Positions 17,812 through 26,908 of a DNA stretch of 32,000 bases are shown here, one piece after another. A model generated the notes under the pieces. That model was given only the letters and a program-made list of their open reading frames with translations. It did no database searches and had not been told where the DNA came from. Position 1 is the first letter of the stretch. Each line of letters starts with the position of its first letter. A program made the position numbers and the translations under genes. The DNA is taken from assembly GCA_964354495.1 (NCBI GenBank), contig CAYHAA010000001.1:585010-617009 (forward strand), written 5' to 3'. This stretch comes from an uncultured archaeon (GTDB lineage: Archaea; Asgardarchaeota; Thorarchaeia; Thorarchaeales; Thorarchaeaceae).

Positions 17812-19737
17812 CTATTCCTCAGGAAGTTTCTTCATCTTTCCAAGATAGTCCGCTACGTCTTTCAAGCCCAGCTTCACTAAAGTACTCTTCTTTGGCCAGC
17901 TTGTTTCTTTGTCCCATTCGTGAAGTTCGTAGTAACGGTCGAGCATTCCATCAAGCTCTTCCGGGGAATTCATTGCACCCTTCAAAGGTCCTGAGGCTGC
18001 TCCTTCATGCATAAGACGCCAAGGCAGATTATCGTGGGCTCGCGTCGCACCTCTAGTGACGTTGAATGCCTTCTCCAAGTTACATACACGTCGTCCAGTC
18101 TGCATCATCTCCTCCTCTGTTAGTTCGATTCCCGTTGCGGCCGCATAGAGTCTTGCCATGTTGTCAGGATTCACACCGAATGCTGCTGTTGAAGTGAACA
18201 CACAGAAACCCAGTGCCTCAGTGATTTCATAGCAGTCCTCGTGCCATCTGACAATCTCTGCCCGATATTCTGTGAAGTGAGGAGATGCCCACTTCTTGTT
18301 TCCAGTTATCTTCTCGATGACAGCTACCGCTTCTGGACTTGTGCCAAACTCAGCGAAGGTCTCTGTCATCAAGTGATCATTGCCCCGTGGATTCACAGCA
18401 AAAGCGAGGGAGTACGCTTTTGCAGACCGCGTCTCTACGTTGGATTGTTCTAACCCTTTTGCGTTCATGATTGCCCATTTGTATGAGTCTTGACCGACCT
18501 TCTTTGTCGCAATCTTGAGGCCATCGCCCAGCAAGTTACCAAGCTTGCCCTTCCTGAAGGCAAGTGCATCTATCAACTTAAGCAACTCAGGCAGCTTGCC
18601 CCAGTCTAAGTCAAGTCCATTCGTGTCCTTCTTAGTTAGAACGCCCCTCAAATAGCTCTCAATTGCCCACTGCGCAACACCGCCCGCCGTGATGGTGTCG
18701 AGGCCGAGTCTATTGCACATCTCATTTGCCAACAGCACGCCTTCTGTGTTTACAATTCCAGGACCGTTGCCAAGAGCACCGAAGGTTTCGTATTCGGGAC
18801 CGCCGCTAGCAATGCCTGCATTCGGCCCTTTATCTATTGTAGAGTACCGGTGGCATCCAATCGTACAACCAAAACATGCCACTCTCCGTTTCAGATACCC
18901 TCCAGTATTGAGTGCCTGCCCAGTAAGCGGAAAGACATTCTCTGTGTACCCAGTCTGCCAGTTCCTACCCGGAAAGGCATGAAGTTCATTCACTCCAGCT
19001 ACGGATGCCGATGTTCCAAACTCATGAAGACCCTGCGCGCCACTGTCAGCTCTTAGATTCTCTCGCATCTCCTCCGCAATCTTGGCGAATTTCGCAGGAT
19101 CTTTGACTCGTACTGGATGTGTCCCTTTCACACAGATAGCCTTGAGCTTCTTCTTGCCCATGACTGCTGCTCCTCCGCCTCGCCCAGCTGCATGAAATAG
19201 CGAGCATTGAATAGAAGCTGCGCGAACAAGATTCTCCCCCGCTGGCCCAATATACAGACCTCTGGAGTCATCTCCATGCCATTTCTTCAGTAGCTTGTCG
19301 GTTTCGATGATGTCCTTGCGCCAGAGTCTCTTTGCATCCAAGACCTCTACTAGCCCATCCTGAATATGAATGTAAACTGGCTCCTCTGCCACGCCATGCA
19401 CAACGAGATGGTCATATCCAGCATACTTTAGCTCTGCACCCCAATGGCCTCCGGTATTACTCTTCAGATAGAGACCAGTGGTGCACCCACCTGTTGTTAC
19501 TGATGTTCTTCCTGATGCAGGAGCAGTTGTTCCTGTTACAGCTCCAGGTGCAAAGATGATAATGTTCCTCGGATCATCCCAAGTGATTTCAGGGTCCTTG
19601 CAGTAGTCCCATAGAATCCTTGCATTGATGCCTCTTGAACCAACGTACAACTTGCGCCATTCTTCAGGGAGTTCTTCTACCCAGCTCTTTCTCTTGCCAA
19701 TATCTACGTGTAGTATCTTTCCTTGATGACCGTACAA
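17812..19737 (-). CDS. aor: Tungsten-containing aldehyde:ferredoxin oxidoreductase family protein
   Basis: GGHWGAELKYAGYD, YIGPAGEN, AGRGGGAAVMGKKKLKAI, CFGCTIGC, GPEYET, CNRLGLD, GFCVF and YYELHEWD motifs. Confidence 0.93.
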   Translation of the reverse strand: MYGHQGKILHVDIGKRKSWVEELPEEWRKLYVGSRGINARILWDYCKDPEITWDDPRNIIIFAPGAVTGTTAPASGRTSVTTGGCTTGLYLKSNTGGHWGAELKYAGYDHLVVHGVAEEPVYIHIQDGLVEVLDAKRLWRKDIIETDKLLKKWHGDDSRGLYIGPAGENLVRAASIQCSLFHAAGRGGGAAVMGKKKLKAICVKGTHPVRVKDPAKFAKIAEEMRENLRADSGAQGLHEFGTSASVAGVNELHAFPGRNWQTGYTENVFPLTGQALNTGGYLKRRVACFGCTIGCHRYSTIDKGPNAGIASGGPEYETFGALGNGPGIVNTEGVLLANEMCNRLGLDTITAGGVAQWAIESYLRGVLTKKDTNGLDLDWGKLPELLKLIDALAFRKGKLGNLLGDGLKIATKKVGQDSYKWAIMNAKGLEQSNVETRSAKAYSLAFAVNPRGNDHLMTETFAEFGTSPEAVAVIEKITGNKKWASPHFTEYRAEIVRWHEDCYEITEALGFCVFTSTAAFGVNPDNMARLYAAATGIELTEEEMMQTGRRVCNLEKAFNVTRGATRAHDNLPWRLMHEGAASGPLKGAMNSPEELDGMLDRYYELHEWDKETSWPKKSTLVKLGLKDVADYLGKMKKLPEE

Positions 19738-19740
19738 CTT

Positions 19741-20232
19741 TCATGCAACCTCCTTCTTGATATCTTTGTAAGCAGCCATTCTGGCTGATCGAAGTTTTTT
19801 CTTCTGAGTGAACAACTCATCTGTCCTTTTCACCCACTGTAGAGCACCAGGAACGCAATGCTTGACGCAGTAAGGATCTCCTCCGCAGAGATTGCATATC
19901 AGGGGTACACCAGTTTCAGGATGGGACCTAATGCCATGGTATGGACAGGCCTCGACACAGGATCCGCATTGTGTGCATATCTCCATGTCAACCGTGATGA
20001 TTCCTGTTTTGGCATCTCTTGAGAGTGCCCCATCTGGGCATGCCTTAATACATGGATGCGCTTCACATTGTTCGCAAAGAAGAGGAACACCCAGTGCGAT
20101 TTCCTCCTTCTTCAGAATCTTGATCCTTCCTCGAGCTGGATCGAAGAGGTCTTCTTTGATGAGTGAACATGCAAGGCTGCACTGCTTACAACCCGTGCAT
20201 TTGTCCATATCAACAAGCAGCAGTTTTTCCAT
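19741..20232 (-). CDS. 4Fe-4S dicluster electron-transfer subunit (AorA/DmsB-like)
   Basis: CTGCKQCSLAC, CEQC..HPC..ACP, CTQCGSCVEACP and CNLC..DPYCVKHC motifs. Ends 3 nt before aor. Likely start is MEKLL at 20232. Confidence 0.92.
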   Translation of the reverse strand: MEKLLLVDMDKCTGCKQCSLACSLIKEDLFDPARGRIKILKKEEIALGVPLLCEQCEAHPCIKACPDGALSRDAKTGIITVDMEICTQCGSCVEACPYHGIRSHPETGVPLICNLCGGDPYCVKHCVPGALQWVKRTDELFTQKKKLRSARMAAYKDIKKEVA

Positions 20233-20562
20233 ATCTTTTCCTTCCAATGGCCAGTTGTTAAAGCATGTTTAGTATCTTCGGGGCCTATTTTAATCCTGCC
20301 CTTCCCGTTCTGTTCGTTAAAACATATCGGCGCACCAGTGATGCCATGGAAATGACGCGTAGACTCCCTTGACGCATTCCAAGTGAGTATCAGTATGACC
20401 AAGAAAAACGGTAGAAACGTGCTTGTCAGAAGCAATTTAAGATTCATCTTCATCTCTTTAACAATTGAGAGGTAACTCTGTACGAGTCCTAGCATAACAT
20501 TCGTCACGCCACAAAGCAATGAGTTTTAAGACGCAGGGAAGTTTCACATTCTGTGTATCACT

Positions 20563-21132
20563 GTGACAGAGGGACAAGAGAACATCACGCATGAAGACGA
20601 GCTCAGTCCAAAGGATTTGGAATGGGCACGATCTGACGATGTCAAGGAGGGTCTGCACATGATGCTGTCGCACCATCCTCCCTCTCTCTATGGTCATTGC
20701 CTCCGGGTTTCGATAGGAGGCCATTCTCTATATCTTTGCGGAAGGTGTACCGGGATATATGGCGGACTTGCATTGGGCCTTCTGATTCTGTTCTTGTTCA
20801 ATACTGTTCTCACACCGTCATGGTTATGGTTCTTAATATCTGTCGCCCTTGGTTTTTCGACCGTGGTTGACTGGATGAGTCAGAGACTGACTCCACGTAA
20901 GACTACTAACACCATTAGAGCTGTGACGGGTTTTTGTTCCGGAATAGGACTTGCCATAATCTTCTACCTCAGCAACGTACTGTATATGCTCGTAGCACTA
21001 GCAGTAATGAGCGTTTCAATTGGACTGGTGGGATTGATTGAGAACCGTAGAAGGTCGTCCAGCCTCGCAGCACAGAGAGCAGAGATTGATGTCGAGGATT
21101 TGCTTGATGATGATGAAAACAAATCGATTTGA
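20563..21132 (+). CDS. DUF2085 family membrane protein
   Basis: H...LCGRCTGIYGG motif followed by TM helices, and RAVTGF. Confidence 0.8.
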   Translation: MTEGQENITHEDELSPKDLEWARSDDVKEGLHMMLSHHPPSLYGHCLRVSIGGHSLYLCGRCTGIYGGLALGLLILFLFNTVLTPSWLWFLISVALGFSTVVDWMSQRLTPRKTTNTIRAVTGFCSGIGLAIIFYLSNVLYMLVALAVMSVSIGLVGLIENRRRSSSLAAQRAEIDVEDLLDDDENKSI

Positions 21133-21200
21133 GCAGTACACTATTGATTCATGCCAAAGTGTTTTAAACTAGCCATGGTGCGATTACCCAGTGACTGACG

Positions 21201-22337
21201 ATGATTCCGTTCACCAAACCAATAGTTGAAGACGAAGAAATTCAAGCCGTCAAGCGCGTCTTGGAATCTGGAATGCTCGCGGAGGGCAAGGTTGCACATG
21301 AGTTTGAGAAGTTATTCTCTGACTACATAGGCACAAAATTCGCCACAGTGACATCGAACGGAACAACAGCGCTTACAACGGCCCTAGAAGCGATGGGCAT
21401 TCAGCCGGGAGATGAGGTGATAACAACTCCTTTCACTTTTATCGCCTCCGCCAATTCGATCGCGATTCTTGGTGGTATTCCAGTCTTTGTGGATATCAAG
21501 CCCGATTCATACAACATAGATCCCGATCTCATGGAAGCAGCTATCACAAAGAAGACCAGAGCAATCATGCCAGTACATATCTTTGGTATGCCATGTGACA
21601 TGAAGCGAATTATGGAGATCGCAGAGGATCACGATCTCTTGGTCATCGAGGATGCATGTCAGGCACATGGTGCTGAGGTTGATGGAAAACGAGCTGGCAG
21701 CCTAGGCCATGTTGGATGCTTTTCATTCTATGCTACGAAGAATATACTGACAGGGGAGGGCGGCATGATTACGACAGACGATGAAGAGCTCTATAATCGG
21801 ATGCTGATGATAAAGAATCATGGCCGCGGCAAGGAGGGCGGATATAGTCATTTCCAAATTGGGTATAACAACAGAATGATGGATATTGCTGCTGCCATTG
21901 GCGTTGAGCAAATGAAACGTGTGTCTAGCCTCATCAGGAAAAGAAGACAGAATGCAAAGGAATATGATCGATTCCTTGCTGATTTCGAAGCAGTCCGGCC
22001 GCAGACACAGGACCCTGGCTTCAAGTCAGGATATCACTTATATGTCCCAAGACTGTATTCTGATAAGTTGTCACGTGACGAGATGGTATCCGCACTTCGA
22101 AATGCAGGCGTAGGTGCAAGAGCTGTGTATGCTCTTCCTTGCCATAGACAAGACACATACCTGAATATTCAGAAATGGCGTTGGGCGAAGTTCGTGGACT
22201 ATCCCGACTATTCGAAGGTAAGTCTACCAATCTCCGAGGATTTGGGCGCACGACATTTCGATATACCTGTTCATCCGAGTCTGACCAAAGAGGAAAAGGA
22301 AACCATTCAAGAAGCAATCAAGACCATTCTTTCTTGA
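21201..22337 (+). CDS. DegT/DnrJ/EryC1/StrS PLP-dependent aminotransferase
   Basis: NGTTAL, GDEVITTPFTFIAS, IEDACQAHGA and FSFYATKNILTGEGG (PLP lysine). Confidence 0.95.
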   Translation: MIPFTKPIVEDEEIQAVKRVLESGMLAEGKVAHEFEKLFSDYIGTKFATVTSNGTTALTTALEAMGIQPGDEVITTPFTFIASANSIAILGGIPVFVDIKPDSYNIDPDLMEAAITKKTRAIMPVHIFGMPCDMKRIMEIAEDHDLLVIEDACQAHGAEVDGKRAGSLGHVGCFSFYATKNILTGEGGMITTDDEELYNRMLMIKNHGRGKEGGYSHFQIGYNNRMMDIAAAIGVEQMKRVSSLIRKRRQNAKEYDRFLADFEAVRPQTQDPGFKSGYHLYVPRLYSDKLSRDEMVSALRNAGVGARAVYALPCHRQDTYLNIQKWRWAKFVDYPDYSKVSLPISEDLGARHFDIPVHPSLTKEEKETIQEAIKTILS

Positions 22338-22342
22338 TGTAT

Positions 22343-22984
22343 CTAGAAATGCTCTAGGACCGCTCTCAGATCCTTCGAGTGGACAGTAACACTGGCTGCT
22401 TTACTTACAGCCTCGCTTTGCGGGTTGAATGCAATGCTGAAGCCAGAGGTTTTGAATAGGTCGATATCATTGCTGCCATCGCCAATGCTTGCAAGGTGCT
22501 TTCCTTCGAAACCATTGTCGCCCAGTAGTTTCAATGCTGTTTCTGCCTTCTGTTTGCCGCCCATGATGAATTCCACTTCACCATTGTGAGCCCCGTTTTC
22601 CTCTCCTAGGATATTCGAATAGGCAAAATCGAGATCTATCCTTTGAGAAAAAGGTTCCATGAAGAACTGACTTACGCCGCTGGAGATACAGCCAACAATG
22701 TATCCCCTGTCCTTGAGAATCTCGACAGTTTCTTTCGCACCCAACCTGAGAGGAAGCTCATGGATGAGACTACTATATGCCCCGTTTGTCGCCACACCTC
22801 TCCAAATCGTGCAGCCCTCCGCAATCGAATCTTCGAAACTCTTTCTCTCTTTTGTGACTTTGGCATATACAGCCATGAATTTCTCTCCAAGTCCGAGATG
22901 TTGTGCGAGGGGAAATGCAGCGCTAGGACCGTCGAACAAGACTCCGTCCAGGTCAAGGGAAATGACCCTGATGTTCTCTCTCAT
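22343..22984 (-). CDS. HAD-IB phosphatase (phosphoserine phosphatase-like)
   Basis: DLDGVL (motif I), ISSG (II), K (III) and GDGSND (IV). Confidence 0.88.
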   Translation of the reverse strand: MRENIRVISLDLDGVLFDGPSAAFPLAQHLGLGEKFMAVYAKVTKERKSFEDSIAEGCTIWRGVATNGAYSSLIHELPLRLGAKETVEILKDRGYIVGCISSGVSQFFMEPFSQRIDLDFAYSNILGEENGAHNGEVEFIMGGKQKAETALKLLGDNGFEGKHLASIGDGSNDIDLFKTSGFSIAFNPQSEAVSKAASVTVHSKDLRAVLEHF

Positions 22985-23067
22985 GTTTCTGGCTCCATTG
23001 CTTTATGTGGTCGCGCAAGGCCACATACACAAGGGTAATTATCGGTTTTGCTCCATGGTGAACCGCA

Positions 23068-24222
23068 ATGAACATAATCAGAAAGTCCGGTTCTGGCTCG
23101 GTCAATGAGATTTCCAAGAAGTTCGTCAGACGAGAACGTTCGGAGAGCGAACTAATCTTCGACGTTGGGAAGATGCAGAGAGATGTCCTGTCGAAGATGC
23201 TCGTGGTCTGCGGGAAAGTAGGTAGTGACAATGTTGAACTGTATGAAAAGAAAGCCAAGGAAATAGAATGCGATTTCATCCTCGAAAAAGGGAGATCATG
23301 GGTTCTTACGCAGAAGACAATACGCGGAACCTATCAACCGAGCTATCATCGAGGAGTGCTCTTGATTGGGGACAATAAACAGCTTCCGGCCACTCAGGTT
23401 GCATATCATCAGGTATTCGGATTCACTGACTGGTTCCTCCAAGACCTCGACGGTGACTCAATTCCTGACTTTCCGATTGGTCGTATCTTTGGTCCCCCTC
23501 AGACAGTCTTGTATCACATGGACCCCCCCATTATTGATAGTAACATTGCCATTGTCTTTGATAGTCAGCCCGGAAGATCATCGCGATATGTCGAGGGTCT
23601 GACAAGTCTGGGTTTTGATGTTGAGGTACTCAGTAAATTCACAGAAAAGGAAAGCAAACTCCTTTCTGTCAGCGAGTTCATTCTGCAGTTTTCTGACGGC
23701 GTGCTGAACAATAGGATTCATGGTACTCCTCGTGAGTGGGCAACAAGCAATTCTGCAATCCTAACTCACGAACAGGCAGCAATGATTCATTTCGAGGGTT
23801 ATCCAGTTGTCTTCTCAGAGGCCTGTAGCACTGCTCAGGAGGGACCACTACTGAAAGCATTTCTCAATCAAGGCGCATTGTACATTGGCTCAACTCTGGA
23901 AACCATGAATAATCTGGAACCTTCTGACGACTGGAGAACGTGCGCTTACAGCGATGGAGTGAAATTCGGGTTCCTAGACTTGCTGGATTCTCTTGAGATG
24001 GTTGGAGAGGCGAAGGTGAGTGTCGAAAAAGAGATGACCAAGAATCTCTCCCCGAAAGTGCTCAAAGATCTCGAGAATGTACGAAATGGAAAATCGAATA
24101 CCCTAACAGAGGATCAAGCTGTTTCTGTTTGCGAATGGGTCCTATTCGGGAATCCACTACGCAAAACCACAGTAGGGCCAAATGCTAGATATACTCCTAG
24201 CAGGATCCTGGTGGACACCTAA
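23068..24222 (+). CDS. Peptidase C25 (gingipain)-like clan CD cysteine protease, no signal peptide
   Basis: DLDGDSIPDFPIGRI, IHGTPREW (His), PVVFSEACST (Cys), ALYIGST and WVLFGNP parallel the gingipain motifs IGR, HGSETAW, DVAC and FGDP. Confidence 0.6.
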   Translation: MNIIRKSGSGSVNEISKKFVRRERSESELIFDVGKMQRDVLSKMLVVCGKVGSDNVELYEKKAKEIECDFILEKGRSWVLTQKTIRGTYQPSYHRGVLLIGDNKQLPATQVAYHQVFGFTDWFLQDLDGDSIPDFPIGRIFGPPQTVLYHMDPPIIDSNIAIVFDSQPGRSSRYVEGLTSLGFDVEVLSKFTEKESKLLSVSEFILQFSDGVLNNRIHGTPREWATSNSAILTHEQAAMIHFEGYPVVFSEACSTAQEGPLLKAFLNQGALYIGSTLETMNNLEPSDDWRTCAYSDGVKFGFLDLLDSLEMVGEAKVSVEKEMTKNLSPKVLKDLENVRNGKSNTLTEDQAVSVCEWVLFGNPLRKTTVGPNARYTPSRILVDT

Positions 24223-24563
24223 TTCATCCTAGACCGATTCACAGAGTGGAGGAGCACACCAAGAGCTCCACCCGCAGCGCCCAGTATTCCCATAATCAGC
24301 ACTGCTGACGTTATGACAAGGACATCCATTGCTGTAGCGGCCGTGACTACAAAGATGATTGAGTATGCTACAGTGGCAGAGAGAAATCCGGTGAGAGCTC
24401 CTATCCTGTATTCATTGATGAAGTAGCCACTCACAATACCAGCAATCACTGGCGCAAGAATGGAAAGAATGAAGAACAGTCCAAAATTCAAAAGGATACC
24501 CACAGCTATGAAAGCTAGTATTCGAACTGGATTTTCATCATGTTGAATGCCTGAAACTGACAC
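24219..24563 (-). CDS. Small Gly/Ala-rich membrane protein (DUF5518-like)
   Basis: 114 aa with four hydrophobic segments containing GxxxG repeats (IAGIVSGYF, GILGAAGGALG). Confidence 0.7.
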   Translation of the reverse strand: MSVSGIQHDENPVRILAFIAVGILLNFGLFFILSILAPVIAGIVSGYFINEYRIGALTGFLSATVAYSIIFVVTAATAMDVLVITSAVLIMGILGAAGGALGVLLHSVNRSRMN

Positions 24564-24778
24564 TGTGACACCGCGGCCTTCTTCGGATTCTCTTCGATTT
24601 AACCATGATGTTCATTGAGTCACTCAACCAGCTCAAGTATCTCTTCAAGGAAGAGAATCAATACAAGAATAAGGAATGGAGCTAGTGCATCTTCTCAATA
24701 GCACTCGGCTGTTTCACTGGCCCAGTTGCTGCAGCTGCGAATCCGGAGAGGCAAATTCAAAACATGTGAGGTCTTTCA

Positions 24779-25738
24779 TTGCTCTTCGAACTGGAAACAC
24801 CAAGACAATACAATCTACTTGCATCAGTACACTCTTGGATCTATCCCGATATCCAGCCTGTTCCAGAAACCACAGGAGCAACATACTTTGCCCGCATATA
24901 TGACATTGATGACCAGCTAGTGCCCATTATTGTCGAACAATCTCGACCTGGAAGCACTGTCCGTGTCAAATACCCCTCGAAAAAAGTGCCCGTTGAATGT
25001 ATTGAAACGAAGTTGAATGAGGTACTTGGACTTAATACTAGGATGGCAGGCGCACTACGGATAATTCGGAGAAGTCCTCAGCTTTCTCATATTGCCTCAC
25101 GGGTGTCGGGGATACGACCTTATATCTCTGCTTCCGTCTACGAAGGTCTCATCAAGACTATTATCCAGCAGCAAATCTCCTATAGAGCTGCAAATGCCCT
25201 CACAAGAAGAATGGTTCTTGAGCTCTCTAGGAAAAGACAATATGAAGGTCTAACACTCTACTCCTTCCCTAGACCTGAAGAAATCCTGAGTTTTGGTCTT
25301 AGCGGATTACGAACCCTCGGCTTGGGTTACAAGAGTGAGTATGTTTACGAAGTCGTCAAGTTGTTACATGAGGGTACACTCAAACTGGAAGAACTCAAGG
25401 GCAAGAGCCATGACGAAATCCGGGAGACCTTGGTAGCTCTCCGAGGTATAGGGCCGTGGACAGTCCGTATGCTCTCAATTGCTGGACTTGGCGATTACAC
25501 GGTCTTTCCCATCGATGATCTCGGGGCCAGGAATCTCATGGGACGTCTGTACAACAAGAGCAGAAACAGGATGACTGCAAATGAGGTCGAGGACATAGCT
25601 TTGAGTTGGGGTAAGGATTGGCCACTTGTCATGTACCTATTGATGTGCGCGGACGTCTTGGGCTACTTTGGAGAAGAGGGTCGCCAGCAAACGCATAAAA
25701 GGGCCTCCAGCAATGATGCAACGCGAAAATCCGGGTGA
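24779..25738 (+). CDS. alkA: DNA-3-methyladenine glycosylase, AlkA/HhH-GPD family
   Basis: YEGLIKTIIQQQIS, FPRPEEI, HhH LRGIGPWT and catalytic FPIDD. TTG start after GTGAGG. Confidence 0.88.
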   Translation: MLFELETPRQYNLLASVHSWIYPDIQPVPETTGATYFARIYDIDDQLVPIIVEQSRPGSTVRVKYPSKKVPVECIETKLNEVLGLNTRMAGALRIIRRSPQLSHIASRVSGIRPYISASVYEGLIKTIIQQQISYRAANALTRRMVLELSRKRQYEGLTLYSFPRPEEILSFGLSGLRTLGLGYKSEYVYEVVKLLHEGTLKLEELKGKSHDEIRETLVALRGIGPWTVRMLSIAGLGDYTVFPIDDLGARNLMGRLYNKSRNRMTANEVEDIALSWGKDWPLVMYLLMCADVLGYFGEEGRQQTHKRASSNDATRKSG

Positions 25739-25744
25739 AGGTCA

Positions 25745-26908
25745 GTGTCTCGACTAGGCAAGAAGAAGAACACCAAGTTGTGGCGGGTCTGGTCCATGTT
25801 CCTGAAGGAACTGAGGATGATTTCTAACGACAGGTTCGCCTTGCTTCTTGTATTCGTTCTGCCCGGAATGATAATGGGTACGATGTACATAGCGATGAAC
25901 CAAGGAAGCACAATTGGCGCGTCCGCTGTTGATCCGACGAAGAATGCAGATGCACTCACCCTGGGCCTCATCGACATCGATACAACAGATACCTTTCCAG
26001 GTGAGGACCTATCTGTGAACTTCACTTGGTACCTCTCAAACAGTCGTGATTTCATTGTGATTGTCTATGATACAGAAGAGGAGGCATTGAATGCGCTGTA
26101 CTTCGATAGGGTGAATGCATACGCTGTCCTACCCTATGGCTTTGAGGGCAATATAACGAATGACATCCCTGCTTTCGTGGACATTCACATTAGCAGTACA
26201 GATTTTGAAAGCCAGTCAACAATCTTTTCGGCATTCAGTGGCGTAGTGCAAGACTTCAGATTCGACCACGGTTGGGTGAAGGGCGAAATCGCGACTGAGA
26301 TGTTTCAGGAATTTCGACCTCCCGGAGGAACAGGCCTCTCCGCAACTTTCGGTGTCTTCATGGTCGTGTTCGCTGTGTTCATCGCAGTTTCCGCAACCGC
26401 CGCCCAGGCAATCGTTGGGGACGTCCCACTGAATCGAATGCTGCTTACGCCTGCCACTAAGATGGAAGCAGTGCTCGCAAAGGTGCTTGCCTATTTCACG
26501 GTAGGAATGGTGCAGACGCAGTTCCTTCTAGTCCTGTGGCTCAGTCTCTTTGGCATAGATCTCTGGGGTCAGTATCTCAATCTAAACATCATTCTTGCCC
26601 TCATGTCCATATCTGGTTCAGCCCTCGGCGTTTTGATTTCCACAGTCGTGACCACACGGTTGCAGGCAAACCAATCTTTTCTGTTTCTGCTGTTTGGAAG
26701 CGTCATAATTGGAACCGGTTTCATGGATGTAGGATTGCTCGACGACTACTATCCTCTCAATCTGGGAAGGATAATGATGGTTGATGTCGGTTTCAAGAAC
26801 ATCTCTCTGACTGAATTCCTGCCGCAGATTTATATTATTCTCGAGATGACGTTGGCACTAATCCTCATTGCTTGGCTAATCTTCAGAAGACGACAAAGTC
26901 TTGCCTGA
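25745..26908 (+). CDS. ABC-2 type transporter permease
   Basis: MFLKELRMI N-terminus, one TM helix plus an extracytoplasmic domain, then five TM helices with LNRMLLTPATKMEAVLAK. Confidence 0.85.
   Translation: MSRLGKKKNTKLWRVWSMFLKELRMISNDRFALLLVFVLPGMIMGTMYIAMNQGSTIGASAVDPTKNADALTLGLIDIDTTDTFPGEDLSVNFTWYLSNSRDFIVIVYDTEEEALNALYFDRVNAYAVLPYGFEGNITNDIPAFVDIHISSTDFESQSTIFSAFSGVVQDFRFDHGWVKGEIATEMFQEFRPPGGTGLSATFGVFMVVFAVFIAVSATAAQAIVGDVPLNRMLLTPATKMEAVLAKVLAYFTVGMVQTQFLLVLWLSLFGIDLWGQYLNLNIILALMSISGSALGVLISTVVTTRLQANQSFLFLLFGSVIIGTGFMDVGLLDDYYPLNLGRIMMVDVGFKNISLTEFLPQIYIILEMTLALILIAWLIFRRRQSLA

Noticed and set aside
20112-20519. 135-aa minus-strand ORF upstream of the ferredoxin gene
   Set aside because: It overlaps the ferredoxin in another frame and has no motif. 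The 20250-20560 gap is better explained as a divergent promoter region.
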